Positions 39,981 through 49,341 of a DNA stretch of 64,000 bases are shown here, piece by piece; positions within the stretch are counted from its first letter, which is position 1, and the number at the start of each line of letters is the position of its first letter. A model generated the notes under the pieces. The model did not search any database and had not been told where the DNA came from. It saw only the letters and a list, made by a program, of their open reading frames with translations. The stretch covers positions 18,441-82,440 of the forward strand of contig JBIOXB010000048.1 in the NCBI GenBank assembly GCA_044869275.1, given 5' to 3'. The stretch is from a bacterium. Lineage in GTDB: Bacteria > Zhuqueibacterota > Zhuqueibacteria > Zhuqueibacterales > Zhuqueibacteraceae. The translations under genes and the position numbers were made by a program.

Positions 39981-42900
39981 TTGCAGAAGATGACCATGTA
40001 CAACGCGACAGATAATGTTTTGCCACAAACACCGTCTCATCCCGGCTTGAGATTGGCCAGGCGTTTTGGCGATCTGGTGGCGAAAAGCGCCGACTTGCCT
40101 GACATTCTCCAAAAGTTGGTCGATGACGTCGTGGAGCACTTGGGGTTCGAGATTTGCGCGGTGATCTTGCGTGACGAGGAGAATCCACGCCGGTTGTACA
40201 TGGCGGCGGCTCACGGGCTGAGCGACGCGCACCAAAAACTATTCAACTTGACCATGGGAGAAGGCATCACCGGCCGCGTCGTTGCAACCGGGGAGTTACA
40301 AATCGTGCCGGATATCCGCAGCGAGCCCGCCTATCGCTATCCTGGCATTGCAGCCGTGGAGCGCTTGTGTGCCATGGCCAGCATTCCATTGCAGCATCAA
40401 AAAAGCGTCCTGGGGGCGCTCAATATCTACTCAAGCCAGGCGCACGTCTTTAGCGAAGACGAAATCAATCTCCTGATTATTCTGTCAGACTGGACCGCAT
40501 TCGCCCTGCACCACGCCGAGAAGCGCGAGGCCAAAGAACAGCGGCAAAGGAAATTGATCGAAGAGATCATCCTGCAGACGCAATCCTTTCACGTGTTGGA
40601 CAAAATGATCGCGTGGGTTTTGCAAAAGAGCGCGGAGTTGGTGCGCGGCGATCGGGGCTATATCGCCTTTGTCGATTACGAGAAAAAGCGCTTTTTCCCT
40701 GTGTTCGCGCACCAGCGCAAGGTGGCCAACATTCTGCGCTTGCGCATCGGCTCGCCCCACGAAGGCATTGCCGGTTCCGTGGTGCGGCGTGGACAGGGCG
40801 AGATCATCGACGAGGTGAATGCCGATGCTCGCGTCAAAATAAAGGGAGATCGTCACATCCAATCAAAGGTGCTGGTCCCCTTGCGCTATCAGAATCAAGT
40901 CATTGGCCTCATCAGCATCGACTCCAGGTGCAAAGCGCATTTTCACGAGCAGGACCAAAGAAACTTGGAAGTACTGGCCGGACATCTGGCTTCGATTTTT
41001 CAAAAACAGAAGCTCGATCAGGCGTTTCAAGCGCTGGGCCAGGCGTTTCGCACGATTCATGATCTCAATGAAATTTATAGTACCGTGGTGCGCTGTGGGG
41101 CGGATTTTGTAGGCACGAACGCCGTGGCGCTCTGGGAAAAGGACGGCAACGGCGGTTTCGTTTTGCGCGCCTGCGTGGGATTCGAAAAATTCAAGGCAAG
41201 AAAACTCAAAATCGCGTCAGACAAGGGTATTATCAGCCAGGTGATCGCGCTGCAAGACGTGGCCGTGATTGAAAACGTGAGCGCGAACAAAGAATATGTG
41301 TATCCGGAAATGCTCGCACACGTACGGCCCAAATGGCTGGTGTGCATCCCCATTTTTTTCGGCAACGAAGTTTTCGCCGTGCTGGATGTTTATTCCCGCC
41401 GGCCGCACACCTTTTTCGAGCAGGAGATCAATTATTTGAAGGCCCTGGCGTTGCAAGCCGGCGTGGCGATTCAAAACGCCAAGCTCATCGATCATTTCAA
41501 CCGCATCGGCCAGAGTATTACTTCGTCCCTGGACATTAAGACGATTTTGGCAAACATCGCGCGCAGTGCCCTGGAAGTGCTGTTTGCCGATCCGGTGACC
41601 TTATTCCAATATGATCAAACGACGGGCCGCCTGCTGCCACCGCCGATTTACGCCGGCGAATTGCTGGAGAGAAAAGACTACGTCGAAACTTTCGTCTTTA
41701 CCGGCCATTCCTTTGCGGAGCTGATCATCAAGAACGGTGAAACCCTTTATCTCGAAAGCGACATCGATCTTCACCCTTTAATGGTAGAAGTGAAAAGGCA
41801 CGAGCATGCGGGCATGGCCCCGACCCGGTTCCACGAGCGCGAGCGCATCAAGTCGATGGCGGCACTCGTGTTGAGAGTCGAAAACGAAACCGTCGGCTTG
41901 ATGTTTTTGAACTATCGCACGCGGCAGGAGTTTTCAAATATTGAAAAAAAGATCATGGAGACTTTTGCTTCCCACGCCGCCATCGCCATAAAAAACTCGC
42001 GCCTCATCGAACAATTGCGCAAGAAGGAAGCGTTTCTGCAGAACGTCGTCACCGGAGTGCCGGACCCGATCATTGTCACCGAGAATAAATTTGAAAACGG
42101 GGCACGGTGGTGGCGCATTGCCATGGCGAACCAGGCAGCGCACGAAATGTTCGGCTACGATTTCGCAGCCCAAGAGCTGCTGGGCAAAAACGCCCGCACG
42201 CTGTTCGGCGAGCAATTGCCGCGTTTGCGGGAGGCGTTATATGAAAACGACGGCGAAGTCGCGGACTTCGAAACCTCCTTTCTTCATAAAAACGGGCTCC
42301 CGATTCCGATCAGCTTATCGACTTCCGTGCTGCAAAGAAACGAGCGCCATCGCATTCTCCAGACCATCAGCATCGGAAAAAACTTGACCAATCGCAAGGC
42401 TTTGGAAAAACAGCTCGATCATTTGAACCGCGCCACCATTGCGTTGTTGGGCGCACGCACGCTGGAGCAAGCCTATGACGCCATCTTCGAAAATTTGCGC
42501 CAGATCGGTTATGACAAAGGCATGATCGCTTTGGTGGATGAAGTCTCGCGCAACCTCGTCGCGAAAAGAGCCGTGGGCGAAAAATGGAAAAAATTTATGG
42601 GGGCCGCCAACATCGAATTAGACAACAATCAGATTTTGGCGCAAGTGGTCAGAAAAGGGGAACATGTACTCGTGGAAGACTGCGGCAACGATCCGCGTTG
42701 CGACGTTGCGCTCACACGCCTTGCCGCGGTCAGGTCGCTCTACGTCACGCCGTTGATCGCGCAGAACAAGGTCATCGGCGCGCTGCAAATTGATCTTTCC
42801 GACCGGCAAGACTTGCTCAAGGGCGACAAATACTTTCTGGCGGAAAGCCTGAAAATTCTCTCCGGCTTCGCCAATCAAATCGCCGTGGCGATCGAGGCCG

Positions 42901-43664
42901 ACCACCACAAGATCACCATCGACAAGCTGCGGCTCAAGCTCGCCGACGTCGGCCACGAATTTCGCTCGCCGTTGCACATCATCATCGCGCAGCTCGGCGG
43001 CTTGAACTATCATCTCGCAAAAAAACAGAGTGAAGATCCGCACATGGCAGCCACCTTGCGCATCATGGAGGAAGAAGCCTTTCGCGCCACCCGCCAAATG
43101 ACGAACACGCTGTTTTCCACGGTGCAGTCTTTGGATGCCATGGGCATCAATCTGGAAAAGGGCTACATCAGCAGCACGATCAAGCTCTGCGCCAGCCGCT
43201 TTTTTGAAACCGCGGAAAAGCGGGGCATACGCCTGATCGTGTTCGACAGCATCAAAAAACTGCCGCATCTGTATTATGATACAACCAAATTGGAGCAGGT
43301 CTTCACCAATCTGCTGGACAATGCGGTGAAGTATTCGCATTTCAACCAAAACATCGAGATCAGGGGCCGGGAGGTGGGCAGGAAGATCGAGATTACGGTT
43401 ATGGATCGCGGCCTGGGCATTCCGGAGAATCAATACGAACGCATTTTTCAAGGCTTCACGCGCAGCGAAATTTTGGACGGCACGCGCTACATTCCGGGAA
43501 CCGGGCTCGGCCTCACCATCGCGCGAGAATTCATCGAACAACACAAAGGCAAAATCTGGGTCAAAAGCACGGCGTTCATGAAAGACCCGCGCAAGATTCG
43601 GAACTTCGAAGGCTACGAAACTACTTTCTTCGTACTTCTGCCGCTCAATCCCAAGGAGGTCTAG
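39981..43664 (+). CDS. Soluble multi-GAF/PAS sensor histidine kinase
   Basis: Repeated GAF motifs (GEGITGRV, EGIAGSV, KGIISQV, AAIAIKN), PAS (ANQAAHEMFGY), H-box GHEFRSPL, NLLDNAVKYS, DRGLGI, GTGLGL; no TM segment. Confidence 0.92.
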   Translation: MQKMTMYNATDNVLPQTPSHPGLRLARRFGDLVAKSADLPDILQKLVDDVVEHLGFEICAVILRDEENPRRLYMAAAHGLSDAHQKLFNLTMGEGITGRVVATGELQIVPDIRSEPAYRYPGIAAVERLCAMASIPLQHQKSVLGALNIYSSQAHVFSEDEINLLIILSDWTAFALHHAEKREAKEQRQRKLIEEIILQTQSFHVLDKMIAWVLQKSAELVRGDRGYIAFVDYEKKRFFPVFAHQRKVANILRLRIGSPHEGIAGSVVRRGQGEIIDEVNADARVKIKGDRHIQSKVLVPLRYQNQVIGLISIDSRCKAHFHEQDQRNLEVLAGHLASIFQKQKLDQAFQALGQAFRTIHDLNEIYSTVVRCGADFVGTNAVALWEKDGNGGFVLRACVGFEKFKARKLKIASDKGIISQVIALQDVAVIENVSANKEYVYPEMLAHVRPKWLVCIPIFFGNEVFAVLDVYSRRPHTFFEQEINYLKALALQAGVAIQNAKLIDHFNRIGQSITSSLDIKTILANIARSALEVLFADPVTLFQYDQTTGRLLPPPIYAGELLERKDYVETFVFTGHSFAELIIKNGETLYLESDIDLHPLMVEVKRHEHAGMAPTRFHERERIKSMAALVLRVENETVGLMFLNYRTRQEFSNIEKKIMETFASHAAIAIKNSRLIEQLRKKEAFLQNVVTGVPDPIIVTENKFENGARWWRIAMANQAAHEMFGYDFAAQELLGKNARTLFGEQLPRLREALYENDGEVADFETSFLHKNGLPIPISLSTSVLQRNERHRILQTISIGKNLTNRKALEKQLDHLNRATIALLGARTLEQAYDAIFENLRQIGYDKGMIALVDEVSRNLVAKRAVGEKWKKFMGAANIELDNNQILAQVVRKGEHVLVEDCGNDPRCDVALTRLAAVRSLYVTPLIAQNKVIGALQIDLSDRQDLLKGDKYFLAESLKILSGFANQIAVAIEADHHKITIDKLRLKLADVGHEFRSPLHIIIAQLGGLNYHLAKKQSEDPHMAATLRIMEEEAFRATRQMTNTLFSTVQSLDAMGINLEKGYISSTIKLCASRFFETAEKRGIRLIVFDSIKKLPHLYYDTTKLEQVFTNLLDNAVKYSHFNQNIEIRGREVGRKIEITVMDRGLGIPENQYERIFQGFTRSEILDGTRYIPGTGLGLTIAREFIEQHKGKIWVKSTAFMKDPRKIRNFEGYETTFFVLLPLNPKEV

Positions 43665-43668
43665 GAAC

Positions 43669-44082
43669 ATGTCGAAACGCGTTCTTTTTGTTGACGACGA
43701 GGACTGGAGCGTCACGCCTTATTTCGAAAAGCTGCGCGACCATGGTCTGATCGTGGATCTGGCCGTGAACGGCGACGAAGCCCTGGCGCGGCTGCAGCAG
43801 AACCGCTATGATTTGGTGGTGTTGGATATCATGCTGCCGCCGGGGGAAAAGATGGGAGAGAACGTCGAGCCGCGCAAGGCCGGCGAAGTGCTCTTGCGCC
43901 GGCTGCGTGCCGGCGAGCTTCCCAATCTCAAAACGGCCTCGAACGTTCCCGTGGTGGTGCTGACCGCGGTGACCGATCAAAAGCTTTCGGAAAAAATTCA
44001 AGAGCTGGAAGTCCAGGAGATTTTTCAAAAACCGGCGTCGTTCACCGAGGTGACCGATCGCATTTTAGATTTATTGCAGTAG
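43669..44082 (+). CDS. Single-domain response regulator
   Basis: VLFVDDE, VVLDIMLP, VLTAV, QKP; directly after the kinase. Confidence 0.9.
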   Translation: MSKRVLFVDDEDWSVTPYFEKLRDHGLIVDLAVNGDEALARLQQNRYDLVVLDIMLPPGEKMGENVEPRKAGEVLLRRLRAGELPNLKTASNVPVVVLTAVTDQKLSEKIQELEVQEIFQKPASFTEVTDRILDLLQ

Positions 44083-44165
44083 CAATAGCACCAGACGAAC
44101 GCACAGCACCAAACGGGCCGAAGCGACTTGCGCGTGACCTCTCACGCATTATTTTTCTAACATGA

Positions 44166-44460
44166 TGCTGAAAAACTCTTTTGATGTCATACCCGCGAAG
44201 GCGAGAGGCAGGCCCAATATCTGAGCCCCAACGGGGCGAAATGGACAGGCTTGGGATCGTCAATTGGTTTCATCACACCTTCTTTCGCCCTTTCAGGGCT
44301 AAAGAAACCGTTGTGGTTCGCGCTTACCCAGGGCGTTGCCCTGGGCTTGGCTTATTTTGCCCCTTCGGGGCATGTGGTTCATCTCTACCACAGCGTTAGG
44401 TTGACGCCTATGCGCTTTCGCGGAAATGACAAATCCGACCAATTTGAGACTTTTTCAGCA
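44166..44460. mobile_element. MITE-like element with nested REP-like palindromes
   Basis: Ends TGCTGAAAAACTC / GACTTTTTCAGCA; inner TGTCATACCCGCGAAGGCG / CGCTTTCGCGGAAATGACA; central GCCCTTTCAGGGC, CCCAGGGCGTTGCCCTGGG and GCCCCTTCGGGGC hairpins. Confidence 0.65.
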
Positions 44461-44561
44461 CCCGCCAAGGCGTAAAACTTTGGGTGTAAAAAATTCTCGC
44501 GAAGACGCAGTTTATAAAAGAATATCTACTGGCTGTGGACCCGCAGTGGGGATATCCGTAA

Positions 44562-45278
44562 ATGACAATACTCGAAAACGAATTCGGCAAATTCGTCGAA
44601 AAGCATCCGGCGATTTTGTCCGCGGTCGTCAACAGTTCTTCACTGAATCTCGAGACGCTTTGGAGTTTTCTCGTTTACATATTTGAGCTGAACTATTTGG
44701 CGGTGTTCGAGACCGAGGACGGGGTGCATTTTCGCAAAGTTCATGAAGTGGCAAGAAACCTGCATAAAGAATTGCCGCCGCAACCGGCGCTGGAGGCGAT
44801 GATGCAATCCGCTTATGCCTGGCGCAAGCCGGAATCGCTGCAGAATGAAGCAGAATGCGGGCACGAGCAATGCGCGGTGCAGGCGGTCGCGGCGATTCCG
44901 CTGACCCTCGCCGCGCAACACAAGATGTTGTTGATCTGCAAGCAGCTCACCATGCCGAAGCAGGAAGTCGTGCGCGGATACGTGTTCAACAGTTATGAGC
45001 TGCAACGGTATTTGACGGTCATCAAAAACTTCCTGCGCGTGGCAGAGCAGCAAAAGCAAATACAGGGCGATCGCAAGAAAATCTACATGGGCAAGGCGGT
45101 GGCGATCGCCAGCGGTGTCTTCGGCTCGCTCCAAGCGCTGCAGGCCATCCGCGATCTTTTTGGCAACTTGGGACCGCCGGAGATTCTGAAAGGATTGGTT
45201 ACGATTGCGTTTTTGGCGTTTGCCGTGATCGTTGCTTTTCGTTTGTCGCAATCGGACGAGCCGTTTCAGTTGTTGTAA
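44562..45278 (+). CDS. Hypothetical protein, GAF-like N-terminus plus two C-terminal TM helices
   Basis: 238 aa; AVAAIPL...LLIC...FNSYELQRYL resembles a GAF end; two hydrophobic segments at the C-terminus. Confidence 0.6.
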   Translation: MTILENEFGKFVEKHPAILSAVVNSSSLNLETLWSFLVYIFELNYLAVFETEDGVHFRKVHEVARNLHKELPPQPALEAMMQSAYAWRKPESLQNEAECGHEQCAVQAVAAIPLTLAAQHKMLLICKQLTMPKQEVVRGYVFNSYELQRYLTVIKNFLRVAEQQKQIQGDRKKIYMGKAVAIASGVFGSLQALQAIRDLFGNLGPPEILKGLVTIAFLAFAVIVAFRLSQSDEPFQLL

Positions 45279-45340
45279 GATTTGCCAGCACTTCCTTATC
45301 ATTTGCATTTCCCGCCCTGCGTTTCTATATTTCGAAAAAT

Positions 45341-45553
45341 CGTAACCATTCAGAAGTTTTTTGAGAAAGCAAAACGATTACGGGCAAAACTATTAAAAAG
45401 CTTTGGACAAGATGATTTAATGGCAAAATGATTTCAAATCATTTTGCCATTAAATTATCTTGCCATAAAACGTTTAGGTTTTTTCTGACTTTTGTTGCCA
45501 ATTTCCCATTATGTCAAATGTTTTGCCTGTCATTTTTCTCCTGAATAGTCACG
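45341..45553. mobile_element. 213-bp MITE-like element with target-site duplication
   Basis: TIRs CGTAACCATTCAG / CTGAATAGTCACG (11/13), AAAAAT on both sides, internal palindrome with perfect 20-bp arms at 45415-45455. Confidence 0.7.
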
Positions 45554-45567
45554 AAAAATCGTCATAG

Positions 45568-48500
45568 ATGATGAGTTATGGAAATGAGACTTCCGGGGAC
45601 TATATGCCGCGCCCGCTTGCAGCTTTTGTGATTATTCTTCTCGTTTTTTGGGGTGTTCATTCTTCCCTCGTTCACAGCGCGCAAATTGTGCCGGATTCTG
45701 CGCGCACATCCTCGCTCGCAGCAATAGCCTCGGTTCGCGATACCTCCCTCTCGCACAAAACCGCAGTAAAAGATTCAACCTCCTGGTTTGAAAAACATCC
45801 GGCGCTGACCGGTTTGTTCGGCGCGATTATTGGCGCTCTCGTAGCACTGCTCGGATTGCAAACGATTAAGAAAGCGAGAAAATTTGCGAAAGCCGCAAAG
45901 CAAGGTGAGCTGGAAGCTGCGCATGAGCGCGAAAAAGAAATTCAAATTCAGGCGCAAGACGAGATCGAGCGCCGCTATCTGAACGGCGTGAAGAACGAGC
46001 ACGATTCCCTCAAGCTCTACGGTTTTCAATCCCGCGTAAATTTGGACGTACGCACGCTGGAGGTGTTCGTCTCTCTGCGCTTGATGCCGGAAGAGCGCGC
46101 GGACGAGATGCGCGCTTGGGCGGAAAGAGATGATGGCCGTGCGCTTTCGCCCGAGGAAGTCTTGCAGCGCGCCGCGCGCAAAAAGCGGCTGCTGCTCATC
46201 GTGGGCGATCCCGGCTCCGGCAAAACGACCTTGTTGAAATACTACGCTATTTCCTGTTTGGAAGAGCCGGAGCGCAAGCGTCTGGGCCTGCCACAGCCGC
46301 TCATTCCCATTCTGCTGCCGTTGCGCAAGGTCGATCCCAAGCTGCCGTTTTGCGAGGCGCTGAGCGCCTGGGCCACGCGGCGCAACCGGCCGGTGACTGC
46401 TACTTTGTTCGATCAATGGCTAGAAAAGCGCGGCGCGCTGGTTATGCTCGACGGCCTCGATGAAATCAGCGATCTCGGCAAGCGCCAGCAGGTGTGCGAA
46501 TGGATCGACAACGCCGCGGATTATTACGGCCGTTCGCAGTTCGTCGTGACTTCTCGCTACACCGGCTATCGCGTGTCCGAAGGCATCGCGTTGCACGCCG
46601 ATCATTTGCGCGCGGACGTGCTCGATCTCGACCCCGGCCAGCAGGAAGCCTTTTTGAAAAACTGGTTTGCCGCCATTTACGGCAGAGAGAGCGAAGATGC
46701 GGATTTGACCGCCGAAGCCCGGCAACGGGAAGCTGCCGCCCAGGCGCAGGATTTGGCAGATGCCATTGGGAAATATCTCACACGGCCCGAGAATGAGAGC
46801 CTGCACCGGATGGCGGGCACGCCGATGTTGCTGCAAATCATGGCGCTGTTGTGGAAGGAGTATCACAACCTCCCGCCGGCGCGCGCGGCTTTATATGAAA
46901 AATGTCTCGACTATTTGCTGGATTATCGCGACCGCGATCGCGAGAAGGAAATCATTCCCCTGCTGCCGGCGGACGACGCCAAGATCGTGCTGCGGCCCTT
47001 GTGTTTGTGGTTGCAGGAGATTCGCAAAAGTGATGAAGTCACGGCGAAAGAGATTGCCGCGCAAATCGCCGGCCTTTTGGAGGAGGTCAAGCCGGGCTCG
47101 AAGCCGGCGGAATTCGTCAAAAACCTTTGCGTCCGCGCCGGCATTTTGCAGGAGCTGGGCGAAGGTAGTTACATGTTCCGCCACAAATCTTTTCGCGAAT
47201 ATCTCGCCGCAACGCATTTGGCGGAAGAAGTGAAGCGTGATCCGGCCCGCGCCACAGTGCTGGTGGAAAATTTTCACGAAGGCTGGTGGCGGGAGACCAT
47301 TTTGTTTGCCTTGAGCCTGCCCAAGCCCGTGATCTTTGCGGATTTCTTCACGCGTTTTTTGCCGCATGCCGGCAACGCGCCCAATGCCCTGCCTTTGCTG
47401 GAGCTGGCCATCAAAGAAGCGCGGCAAAAATCCATCGAGCCTTTTGCCGCATTCGTGCTCGATCCGCTGCAGGATTGGCAAAAGCGCTACAATACCTTGC
47501 AATGCCTGCGCCTGATCGCCTCGGAGCCAGCCAAAGACTTGATGCAGCGCGTCTGGGATCTGGAAAAACACCGCGAGCATCAAAACCATGAAGGCCGGCG
47601 CTTGTTACAAAAAGCCGAAGAGATTTTGATCGAATGGAAACTTCGCCGGCCGGAGCCACTGCCTGCGCCGGCGCACGGAACGAAAGTGAGGGCTCATGTT
47701 GCCCAGTCTGAGTATTTGCCGGCCTTTGAATTGGCACAAATTCAGTCACCGAGCTGGCGCAATCCATTCGAATTGGACTCGGAGTATATTCTCATTCTCG
47801 GTGGCAAATATGAATTCTCCGTGACCAATGCAGAGACTGTCGTGCCGGATCTTTACTTCGCCAAATTTCCATTGACCAACAAACTCTATCGCCGGTTTGT
47901 GGACTATCTCGCGGACCAAAACACCGAAGAGATTTTCAAAAAATTGCCGGTGGAACAATTTGCCCAAAACCTGCTGACAAAAGCGACAAAGCTCGAAGGC
48001 CTAGCAGATTATTTGGGCAAAAATCCGCGAGCATGGCATGTTAAGCTGCGGTCGCGCCACAACGACGAGAAGCGCTTCAATAGCGACGATCAACCCGTGG
48101 TGGGCGTAAGCTGGTATGCTGCGATGGCGTATTGTCAATGGCTCACGGAGATGCAAAAGGCAAACAGCTGGGAGCAGAGGGCGGAGGGCATAGCGCAGAG
48201 CGGGCATGCACAAGAGGTTTATCGTTTGCCCACGGAGGCGGAATGGGAATGGGCGGCGAGTGGAGGCAAACGCGAATATCCTTGGGGCAATGAGAAGCCA
48301 GATGAAAGGCACGCAAATTATGGCGGGAGAGTCGGCCACACTACAGCCGTGGGTGCTTATCCCGCCGGTGCAACTCCCGAACCCGAAGGCTTGATGGATA
48401 TGGCAGGCAATGTGTGGGAATGGATGGAAAATCGGTATGATAATAACAAGGCTGCGCGCGCTCTTCGTGGCGGCTCGTGGAACGATGACGCTGACGATCT

Positions 48501-48603
48501 GCGCTGTGCCGCCCGGGGCAGCTGGGGCCCTGATTCTTGGAACTACGTCATCGGTTTCCGTGTGGTGCGCGCCCAGTCCGTCTTTGATACTCTGAAACTC
48601 TGA
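45568..48603 (+). CDS. Membrane-anchored NACHT NTPase with C-terminal FGE-sulfatase (SUMF1/CLec) domain
   Basis: Two N-terminal hydrophobic segments; Walker A GDPGSGKTT, Walker B LDGLDE, VTSR, TPMLL, FRHKSFREYLAA; CLec motifs QPVVGVSW, YRLPTEAEWEWAA, DMAGNVWEW, RGGSW, GFR. Start may be ATG 45604. Confidence 0.92.
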   Translation: MMSYGNETSGDYMPRPLAAFVIILLVFWGVHSSLVHSAQIVPDSARTSSLAAIASVRDTSLSHKTAVKDSTSWFEKHPALTGLFGAIIGALVALLGLQTIKKARKFAKAAKQGELEAAHEREKEIQIQAQDEIERRYLNGVKNEHDSLKLYGFQSRVNLDVRTLEVFVSLRLMPEERADEMRAWAERDDGRALSPEEVLQRAARKKRLLLIVGDPGSGKTTLLKYYAISCLEEPERKRLGLPQPLIPILLPLRKVDPKLPFCEALSAWATRRNRPVTATLFDQWLEKRGALVMLDGLDEISDLGKRQQVCEWIDNAADYYGRSQFVVTSRYTGYRVSEGIALHADHLRADVLDLDPGQQEAFLKNWFAAIYGRESEDADLTAEARQREAAAQAQDLADAIGKYLTRPENESLHRMAGTPMLLQIMALLWKEYHNLPPARAALYEKCLDYLLDYRDRDREKEIIPLLPADDAKIVLRPLCLWLQEIRKSDEVTAKEIAAQIAGLLEEVKPGSKPAEFVKNLCVRAGILQELGEGSYMFRHKSFREYLAATHLAEEVKRDPARATVLVENFHEGWWRETILFALSLPKPVIFADFFTRFLPHAGNAPNALPLLELAIKEARQKSIEPFAAFVLDPLQDWQKRYNTLQCLRLIASEPAKDLMQRVWDLEKHREHQNHEGRRLLQKAEEILIEWKLRRPEPLPAPAHGTKVRAHVAQSEYLPAFELAQIQSPSWRNPFELDSEYILILGGKYEFSVTNAETVVPDLYFAKFPLTNKLYRRFVDYLADQNTEEIFKKLPVEQFAQNLLTKATKLEGLADYLGKNPRAWHVKLRSRHNDEKRFNSDDQPVVGVSWYAAMAYCQWLTEMQKANSWEQRAEGIAQSGHAQEVYRLPTEAEWEWAASGGKREYPWGNEKPDERHANYGGRVGHTTAVGAYPAGATPEPEGLMDMAGNVWEWMENRYDNNKAARALRGGSWNDDADDLRCAARGSWGPDSWNYVIGFRVVRAQSVFDTLKL

Positions 48604-48660
48604 CGATCTGTTACTCTGAAAAGCCGGCGCGGCACGCGCTGGCCTCGAAATTTTTTTCGA
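48466..48660 (+). other. Candidate DGR variable region with downstream hairpin
   Basis: RGGSW..GFR segment dominated by NNY codons; TCTG-ending repeats; stem-loop GCCGGCGCG-GCA-CGCGCTGGC at 48623-48643. Confidence 0.55.
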
Positions 48661-48680
48661 ACTGCAGGAGGTACTTATCC

Positions 48681-48789
48681 TGACTATGTCAGATTCATCG
48701 CTGAGACGCAGAGTGCGCTGAGAATTCAGGCCAATCCCACTCTGCGAACTCCGCAACTCTGCGGTAATTCTTGGAATGTGACATAGTCA
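48681..48789. repeat. MITE/REP-like inverted-repeat element
   Basis: TGACTATGTCAGATTC ... GAATGTGACATAGTCA ends; inner CGCAGAG/CTCTGCG. Confidence 0.6.
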
Positions 48790-48819
48790 AGTTATGAAGG
48801 AAAACGTTGAGAATCGCAA

Positions 48820-49155
48820 TCATTTGCTGGCTTGCAGCTCTTCTCGAATGACGCGCCGCAACACGGTTTCCAAAGCGCTCGTGCGAATTTTTTCTTTGAG
48901 CGCTTCATTGATCAGAGTTTGAAAGCCACGCCCGCCAGCTTGCGCCTTGAAATAGGCGAGAACACCGGCATCAAGAGCGAGGCTCACACGCACTTTTTCT
49001 CGCGGCAAAGGTTTTCTTCCGAGACGCAATTGCGCACGGGCCATCTGTTCTTCCGTCACCTCCGGAATTTCAGAAAGGTCGATATCCTCGTCGCGCATTT
49101 GCGCCAAGCTTTTCCAATCAGCTTGAGAATCCCTTGTCATAGATTTTTTGCTCAT
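48820..49155 (-). CDS. BrnA-family antitoxin
   Basis: DIDLSEIPE, VSLALDAGVLAYFKA..GRGFQTLINEAL. Confidence 0.85.
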   Translation of the reverse strand: MSKKSMTRDSQADWKSLAQMRDEDIDLSEIPEVTEEQMARAQLRLGRKPLPREKVRVSLALDAGVLAYFKAQAGGRGFQTLINEALKEKIRTSALETVLRRVIREELQASK

Positions 49156-49294
49156 TCTTGGTAGCCTTTCGCATGGAAATGATCCGAATTTCGCGCTCAC
49201 TTTCAGTATGCGCAATGACCACCACCATCTTCTGCTGCTCCAAACGCCCCAGTACCGATTTGTAGTCGCTCGGAAGCTGGCAAATGTGGTTCAT
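49118..49294 (-). pseudogene. 5'-truncated BrnT-family toxin
   Basis: 58-aa frame ending VVVIAHTESEREIRIISMRKATKNEQKIY; lacks the N-terminal FEWD..KHG motif; overlaps the brnA start. Confidence 0.7.
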
Positions 49295-49341
49295 CAATCT
49301 AATTTCTTATGAACACGGCTTTAGCAGACGCGCATGGGCAA

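Noticed and set aside
45375..45415. c-di-GMP-I riboswitch suggested by GGGCAAAAC
   Set aside because: The rest of the motif is missing and the sequence lies inside a MITE-like element.
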